From Candidatus Sericytochromatia bacterium (GTDB lineage: Bacteria; Cyanobacteriota; Sericytochromatia; S15B-MN24; JAQBPE01), in contig JBBAPZ010000001.1 of assembly GCA_040400605.1 (NCBI GenBank), positions 260,937 through 272,863 on the forward strand: a stretch of 11,927 nucleotides of DNA, written 5' to 3'. Of the stretch, positions 7,401-11,927 are shown one piece after another. A model generated the notes under the pieces. The model did not search any database and was not told the origin of the DNA. It worked only from the letters and a program-made list of their open reading frames with translations. Made by a program: the position numbers and the translations under genes. Every line of letters starts with the position of its first letter. Position 1 is the stretch's first letter.

Positions 7401-9142
7401 ACCGTGACGCTGCCGCTCAGCCGTCCTTTCGCGATGGTGACCTGCACATTCTCACAGCGTAAATGCGGGCCCACCAGGCGCAGTTTGGAGATGGCCACCA
7501 AGGGTAACGGTTTGACGTTGGCTGCCACCCCGGGTGGCAGGGCGCCCTGAAATCGCAGGTGGCCGTCTGCTTGACGCGGTAGATCCGACAGGCGATCGCC
7601 CCGCACGCGCACGGATGCGTCAAGCGCGCCGTGAAGCAGGGATGCTTGATCAATCAACGGCGCCAAGGCCTCATAACGCACACCGCTCACCTGAATTTTT
7701 GCGTCATACGGCTGCTTCAAGCGCTTGGGATACCAAACACCTTGTCCTTGCACCGTGCCCCCGCAGCCCTTCAGGGTCGCTGAAACCAATGTCAGCGCAT
7801 CATTGGCCCAGCGCCACGATCCGTCGGCGACCAGCGGCCACGCGCGCGCGCCGCGTCGCCAGACGCCCTTGAGCCGAAGATCGCCTTTGGCCTGCACCTT
7901 GGGCCACTCACCCTCGCGCACAGCGAAGCGCATCGTGCCATTCACGCGGAAATCCTGTTCGTACGCGGGCCCCAGTTTCAATTGACGAGCCAATTTGCGG
8001 GCATCAAGATCCGCAAGCGTAAGCGATCCTTCACCCCACGGCCGTTTGGCCAGCGTGACGCGCAATGCGGCGCGGGCCGAGCCAAAAGACGTTGTCAGCT
8101 GGGAACGGTCCAAAACCAGTTGCTCACGATCACCGTGCAACCAAAATTGCCCGGCTTGCAGGGACTGTCCTTCGAAGTGAGCGGCTTGAATCGTCACGGT
8201 CGCACGCCAACGTGGCGCAGCCAATGCACCGTCCAGGTCAAAATCAGCGCGCACCCCACCTGACACCGGTTTTGGCAACCAGGAACGAAAATCGTCGATG
8301 CGTCCGTTAAAAAGGCCGGATAACCGCGCCTGAGGCTTGCCGAAGCAGTCCATCACCGCACCCGACACATTCAAGGAACTGTTGGCGCTCACGAGCGTAC
8401 ACTCGGGAATCTGTAAAAAGCCACGGTTCAAGCGGGCCCTGAGGCGTGACGGACCAAAGGTCTGTTGCCGCCCCGCTTCACTGACGCGCAATGCGTGCCA
8501 GCCAAGTTTAAGCTCACCTGAGCGTCCATCCGCTCCCAGCGAGGCGTCCAGTGACATCTGATCAGCACCAAGCTTCACGCGGCGTGGCTTATCCTCATAA
8601 CGAACCCGTGTGTCACGCAATACCAGGCGATCCAGTTGCAAACCTGGCTTGTCAGTCGGCGGCGCACCCTTCGTCGCGGGTGTTTGCAACCATTCGGTCA
8701 CGTTATAACGGTTTTGTCCCAAGTGGATCACCGTCACGGTACAGCCATCGCCCATCACTTCGATCAAGCGGTAGCGACCGGAGAGCAGACTGAACCAATC
8801 CCAGCGCAAAGCAAGCCTGCGCGCCTCAAAAAACGGCTTCCGGCTTTCATCAAGCGGTGCCACTTCGAGCCCGGCCAACTCAATGCGTCCGCGCAGGGGC
8901 GATACGCCCAGTTGCTGGTAACGCACGGCGATCGGCAACTGGCCGGCAAGGCGGTCCAGCAGGGCAAGTGATGCCTCCGTTGACCACGTCACCCGTAAGG
9001 AGACCACCCACAGCGAAAAAACGACCACAAGCAGCAGAAACAGCAAAGCAGCCGTCACGCGCCCAGACCACCGCACACAACGTCTGAGCATGCCTGTCAT
9101 GTGATTTGGACTGCCATCATCCGAGTTGCCTGCGATCGTCAT
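4499..9142 (-). CDS. tamB: Translocation/assembly module TamB (AsmA-like, C-terminal DUF490) protein
   Basis: Single N-terminal hydrophobic anchor, AsmA-like N-terminus and a long Gly-rich amphipathic beta-strand body. DUF490-type C-terminus (LRGDLTVLGTIRKPALLGRL...LDGTPDALRLDMSSTPPLPQADILLMMATG...GKRINEQLTVTY...ARYRFGFR). Adjacent to an Omp85 gene; ATGA overlap with the lepB stop at 9139-9142. Confidence 0.92.
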   Translation of the reverse strand: MTIAGNSDDGSPNHMTGMLRRCVRWSGRVTAALLFLLLVVVFSLWVVSLRVTWSTEASLALLDRLAGQLPIAVRYQQLGVSPLRGRIELAGLEVAPLDESRKPFFEARRLALRWDWFSLLSGRYRLIEVMGDGCTVTVIHLGQNRYNVTEWLQTPATKGAPPTDKPGLQLDRLVLRDTRVRYEDKPRRVKLGADQMSLDASLGADGRSGELKLGWHALRVSEAGRQQTFGPSRLRARLNRGFLQIPECTLVSANSSLNVSGAVMDCFGKPQARLSGLFNGRIDDFRSWLPKPVSGGVRADFDLDGALAAPRWRATVTIQAAHFEGQSLQAGQFWLHGDREQLVLDRSQLTTSFGSARAALRVTLAKRPWGEGSLTLADLDARKLARQLKLGPAYEQDFRVNGTMRFAVREGEWPKVQAKGDLRLKGVWRRGARAWPLVADGSWRWANDALTLVSATLKGCGGTVQGQGVWYPKRLKQPYDAKIQVSGVRYEALAPLIDQASLLHGALDASVRVRGDRLSDLPRQADGHLRFQGALPPGVAANVKPLPLVAISKLRLVGPHLRCENVQVTIAKGRLSGSVTVPVTGALYQPALQGQFTVAGCQLQELNRAMELVEGPLDGTVQAALKLSGDRLIIQAYQINTLGGMVQGQGVVDELDAAMPYTIDCRATGLRVAKLTQAVAVSSRGWQGQVAGQWRVRGKGAAYHLQGPTQVLALAPAAWNGAIPGPLRLIGTLDCTPKRYQTEGFRLAWAGVSGTIKGRYVPRQSVSMTLQALREANGPVWGRSKTRLLDGLVRGTVRVEGPLTQCRYEVRVRGEALRLALGARDLRIGSLAFDTTGEFAERVQARATLQCQANRIGELAIPLIRVPMRYEAPRPDPANGMMQASGTVSLPVGRYDFGGRYDLKRDRVTFEGQSDNLVWSDLRAALAGTGTMLPDTTPLGASIKLAGHVKALEGQVKLHCGAFAWGERQLGATSLQATLTPGQILLKGQVFGDQLRLDGQAALAAPMASRMRIRLARQELLPLIDMLPQAVTAKGMMPVNGEVGGACVVEGPLNNPRALRLALELQTLRLQYPEGVLQSVGPLLLNATADGVDCRRVQLEGLGHKLVAEGLLSVREASNWRARGLVNFETLEKLMPSVWTDARGSCEFDVAIAGVVGRPDATGTLALRRGSLCAQVLPQALNDLNARLRLSQDELFVERLGFQFGESGQVSTFGRVKLGLGYLPTRVSLQLNARDVTWLDDGVDLTGNADLSLAGPIEDLTLSGQLRVLEARVTRSAAWETWLPQGGAARDARASSATRWWQAIALRLQCVIPDTCRIDNELLKANLRGDLTVLGTIRKPALLGRLEAKDGQLTFQDHLYQLSEAAVDFIDANRIKPLIRVVATTRIQPHQITMRLDGTPDALRLDMSSTPPLPQADILLMMATGQGSAQLEQSRDVGLATASNLAMGVISRSMERGVKATGMVDVLRIQPGLGQNGDMRGGQFTIGKRINEQLTVTYTQGVSLTGGTTTGSIVVFDYALGDRFVLKLEQSLAGGFNGSARYRFGFR

Positions 9143-9825
9143 CGTGACAGCGAGGCACGGGACGCCCCCAGCGCCAAATGGCCGGATACCGTATCACCAA
9201 GATTAAACGCGACAAGCGGCGTATCCAACCCTCCCGCACGCGACAGCGGCCAGAATCTCAGGCGGACACGACCCAAAATATTCTCCTGCGGCAGCATGCC
9301 CCAGATGTGACCATCGACGCTCTGGTTGCGATTATCACCGAGCACGAATACGTGCCCTTTGGGAACGATATGGCGCGGCCACTCATACGCCACTGGCTCA
9401 GGCACATAAGGTTCACGGCAGGTTTGGGCGTTCACGACGAGCACGCCGTGGCGGATTTCGATGCGATCGCCCGGCAAACCGATCAAGCGTTTCACCCAGG
9501 GCACCGCCGCATCAATCGTCGTGGCGGGCCCCAATGCCCCACTTGGCGGCTTGAACACCACGATGTCGCCGCGTTTGGGTGGGACGATGCGATAACTCAA
9601 CTTGTCCACGATCAGGCGATCGCCCACTGCCAAAGTCGGCGCCATCGACGGCGAGGGAATGAAGCGCGCTTCAGCCACCATCCGTGTAAAACCCACTGTC
9701 ATGAGACTGGCAAGGAGCACGCCCATCAGCAAATCCTGCCAAACATCCCTCGATTTGCGTGCCAAAAAAACCGACACTGAAGGTTGAGACAAGGCAGATG
9801 GGCGTCGGTGGGGTAACATGGCCAT
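9139..9825 (-). CDS. lepB: Signal peptidase I (S26 family)
   Basis: One TM segment, then IPSPSMAPTL (catalytic Ser), GDRLIVDK, RGDIVVF, VKRLIGLPGD (catalytic Lys) and GDNRNQSVDGHIWG. Start placed at ATG 9825 (or 9819) rather than 10023 to avoid overlapping the divergent gene. Confidence 0.95.
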   Translation of the reverse strand: MAMLPHRRPSALSQPSVSVFLARKSRDVWQDLLMGVLLASLMTVGFTRMVAEARFIPSPSMAPTLAVGDRLIVDKLSYRIVPPKRGDIVVFKPPSGALGPATTIDAAVPWVKRLIGLPGDRIEIRHGVLVVNAQTCREPYVPEPVAYEWPRHIVPKGHVFVLGDNRNQSVDGHIWGMLPQENILGRVRLRFWPLSRAGGLDTPLVAFNLGDTVSGHLALGASRASLSR

Positions 9826-9940
9826 GACCGGTTGGTCATCCTTTGCTGCGAAACAAGGCGATGTGGGTATTGTTGTGATGAATGCACAGCCTTTATTCCC
9901 GAAATTCAATCTCGCCTCACCACAGGTCAGGAGATTTATT

Positions 9941-10426
9941 GTGTTGGCAAGCAACGACGGTTTCAGTTTGCGTACGCGATGGGCCACTTGGGTGGCTGTA
10001 ACGTATCTGACTGTCGCGGTCACGGTTTATGGCTGTGCCAGTCCACCAGGGCTTGTGCAAAACGCGCCGGTCGACCCGACTGAAGTGGCCCGTTCGACCG
10101 AACGGTTCAGGCAATATGCAACCGATATGCGTTCGGTGGATGGTGTGATTTCGGTTTATCTCACAAGTAACAACAATCCCCGACAGATGGTGGTCACGGT
10201 GGATCGCGACGCCGTTGCGGAAAGCTTGCGCGCCAAATACGGTCGCGAGGTTGACGGCATTCGCATCCGCTATGAAACGATCGCCGCAGATCCTGAGGAA
10301 CGTGCAGTGGATCGCACCCGACGCATCATCCCAAGCACCTGGTGGGGGCGTTTGCTTGACTACGCCCAAAATTGGCGCCAATACGTCTTTCCAGCGGAAA
10401 ACCCCAAGCCTGGAACTGGATCGTGA
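9941..10426 (+). CDS. Hypothetical lipoprotein, 161 aa
   Basis: AGGAG at 9929-9933 sits 7 nt before an in-frame GTG at 9941. Signal RTRWATWVAVTYLTVAVTVYG-C has a lipobox-like Cys. It is followed by a compact alpha/beta-looking domain and an amphipathic tail (TWWGRLLDYAQNWRQYVF). Confidence 0.8.
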   Translation: MLASNDGFSLRTRWATWVAVTYLTVAVTVYGCASPPGLVQNAPVDPTEVARSTERFRQYATDMRSVDGVISVYLTSNNNPRQMVVTVDRDAVAESLRAKYGREVDGIRIRYETIAADPEERAVDRTRRIIPSTWWGRLLDYAQNWRQYVFPAENPKPGTGS

Positions 10427-10592
10427 GCCCAGCGACCCACGCGGCAACGGGACGAAACGTTTGGTATGCCGTGCTGTGTAGTGGACTTGGGTGGACGGTT
10501 GTCGAACTGCGTTGGGTTTGTTCGAACAAGCAATGACTGCCCTGTAGCGCCATCGTAAGTTCCGTCACCGAACTTCGTTCAAGAAAGAGGCC

Positions 10593-11648
10593 TCATTGAA
10601 CCTTGAACTTGACGGCCTCACCCCTCAGCGGCAAGGCCCCTGTAACCGGACCGAATCCCCACAAGAATCCAGTAGGATCCGCAGCGATTGTCCAAATGTC
10701 CTCGCCGATGTCGTGTGAAAGCAAATGCTCGCCTTGTTCCGAGACAAGTTCAAGGCGGCTCCATACTTTTCCATTCTTGGACGCTGTTACATTGAGCCAA
10801 ACACGATCCTTGCTGTCTCGCAGAATCTGAGCGTTGCGATTACCGGTACTCTTGGTCAATGCAGGAGCGGTGCCACGTCGAATGACGGCGAGGCTGCGAC
10901 TCTCATCGCTCATCAGCGCATAGATAGTACCCGACGTACTCAGCACGAAGGTATTGACTTCTAGATCAGTTTCAGCGATCGTGGGGCCCTCAGCATCTGG
11001 ACCAATTTCAAAGAAACGGTTGGAACTTGCAGCAATAAGTCGTCCTGCACTGTGGGCCGCGAGTCCGACCAAGGGCTGTGCTGCCAATGTAAGTTTCTTG
11101 TCACCGGCATAGGAGTACTTGGTTAACAACTTCCCAAATTCGCTCGTAACCCATACGGAATTAGAGTCATCGACGGCAGCCAAAACAGTGCAGAAGTCCA
11201 AGCACGCTCCGTCGTAACGTGCAGCTACCGTACCATCCGGGTAGTAGCGAGTGGCTCCTCCAGATTCGCCTGTCGCCAGGATAGAACCATCCTTCAATGC
11301 GACCAGGGAAGAGATCCTCCCAAACGGCGCCGGCCCAGGCGTAGTTTTACCATCCGCGGCGATCTTGATAAGTGCTGAGTCATTGGCAAGCCATCCCCGG
11401 CCATCTGGAAAGAAGGCAGCATGCTGGGGAAGCCAAGGTAAACGATAACGAGCAGTTTCTACGACGCTTGGGCTTGGGAGCGGGCTGCCCGGTTTTGAAG
11501 AGGGAATCGTCGACGACGAGGGCGCAGGAGACCGCTCAATAACGGCAATCTCGCTTGCGTCCACCTTTTCATTCGGGTTCGTTACCGGGCGGGAGAGCTG
11601 GCACCCCACGAGCAGCCCCGACAGGTAGAACAATGCGAAGCGTTTCAA
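10593..11648 (-). CDS. Lipoprotein with predicted beta-propeller (NHL/Vgb-like) domain
   Basis: TTG start with GAGGA upstream; MKRFALFYLSGLLVG-C lipobox; Pro/Ser linker. Roughly 40-aa blade-like repeats: AFFPDGRGWL, VALKDGSILA, AVDDSNSVWV, AAHSAGRLIA, VLSTSGTIYA, LRDSKDRVWL, AADPTGFLWG. Confidence 0.88.
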   Translation of the reverse strand: MKRFALFYLSGLLVGCQLSRPVTNPNEKVDASEIAVIERSPAPSSSTIPSSKPGSPLPSPSVVETARYRLPWLPQHAAFFPDGRGWLANDSALIKIAADGKTTPGPAPFGRISSLVALKDGSILATGESGGATRYYPDGTVAARYDGACLDFCTVLAAVDDSNSVWVTSEFGKLLTKYSYAGDKKLTLAAQPLVGLAAHSAGRLIAASSNRFFEIGPDAEGPTIAETDLEVNTFVLSTSGTIYALMSDESRSLAVIRRGTAPALTKSTGNRNAQILRDSKDRVWLNVTASKNGKVWSRLELVSEQGEHLLSHDIGEDIWTIAADPTGFLWGFGPVTGALPLRGEAVKFKVQ

Positions 11649-11675
11649 TGCAGGTCCTCAGTTGTCACGTGTTAA

Positions 11676-11927
11676 TGGTGTCGTAAATCCGCACCAATTT
11701 GGCAGTGCAGGGCTGGTATACCCCAAATTGGTCGCACCGAAGGTGTGCGATCAGCTTGACGGCACCGTTGGGGGTCAAGAAGTATAATTTTTACCCATGC
11801 AAGATGGCAGCCGTGGGGATAGCCCCCAGGCTGCCTTGTCGCCGCAGTCACGACGACGCATTTCGTGTCCCAGATTTTCAGTGACATGACAAGGCTTGTT
11901 CGGCAAGCTTTTGCAACAAGACAGTCA
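11676..11927. other. Hairpin-rich intergenic region (candidate structured RNA or regulatory region)
   Basis: At least five inverted repeats: 11693-11732, 11728-11754, 11755-11779, 11806-11835 and 11895-11920. TATAAT at 11783-11788 (+) overlaps TATACT at 11781-11786 (-). No match to an RNA family I recognise. Confidence 0.4.

Noticed and set aside
7839..7851. Alternating CG run (possible Z-DNA or microsatellite)
   Set aside because: Short, explained by Gly-Ala-Arg-Ala codons in tamB, and the frame is intact.
1777..9780. Many + strand ORFs (e.g. 2937-3878, 4643-5365, 6404-6964, 9178-9780)
   Set aside because: They lie antisense to well-supported genes, carry no recognisable motifs, and are expected in GC-rich DNA.
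9826..10023. Long lepB start at 10023 and + strand ORF start at 9818
   Set aside because: The two extensions overlap head-to-head; the starts at 9825 and 9941 leave a normal divergent intergenic region, and 9941 has a clear RBS.
9917..10568. Minus-strand ORFs 9917-10447 and 10326-10568
   Set aside because: Antisense to the lipoprotein gene with RBS and lipobox; no motifs.
11806..11835. Hairpin as an IS200/IS605 end or intrinsic terminator
   Set aside because: Only a superficial resemblance (ATCCCCACGGCT on the minus strand); no tnpA/tnpB in the window and no U-tract on either side.
11672..11887. 71-aa (-) and 61-aa (+) ORFs at the right edge
   Set aside because: No RBS or recognisable motif, and they coincide with hairpins and promoter-like hexamers. 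The minus frame stays open to the window edge, so a gene tail cannot be fully excluded.

Overview
GC-rich bacterial chromosomal region from a diderm, dominated by a tightly packed minus-strand envelope-biogenesis operon: signal peptidase I (lepB) -> TamB/DUF490 protein (1547 aa) -> Omp85/BamA-type protein with about seven POTRA repeats (950 aa) -> small SurA-core-like protein with no PPIase domain -> 87-aa unknown protein. A likely terminator follows, then a lipoprotein with TolA-like KAEEEAR repeats that runs off the left edge and is missing from the ORF track. Right of lepB are a divergent small lipoprotein, a convergent beta-propeller-like lipoprotein and a hairpin-dense non-coding stretch at the right edge. 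No rRNA, tRNA, CRISPR array or transposase was recognised. The LepB motifs look cyanobacterial in type, so a Cyanobacteria-related lineage (e.g. Sericytochromatia) is possible, but this is inference only. All family calls come from motif recognition by eye, with no database searches.
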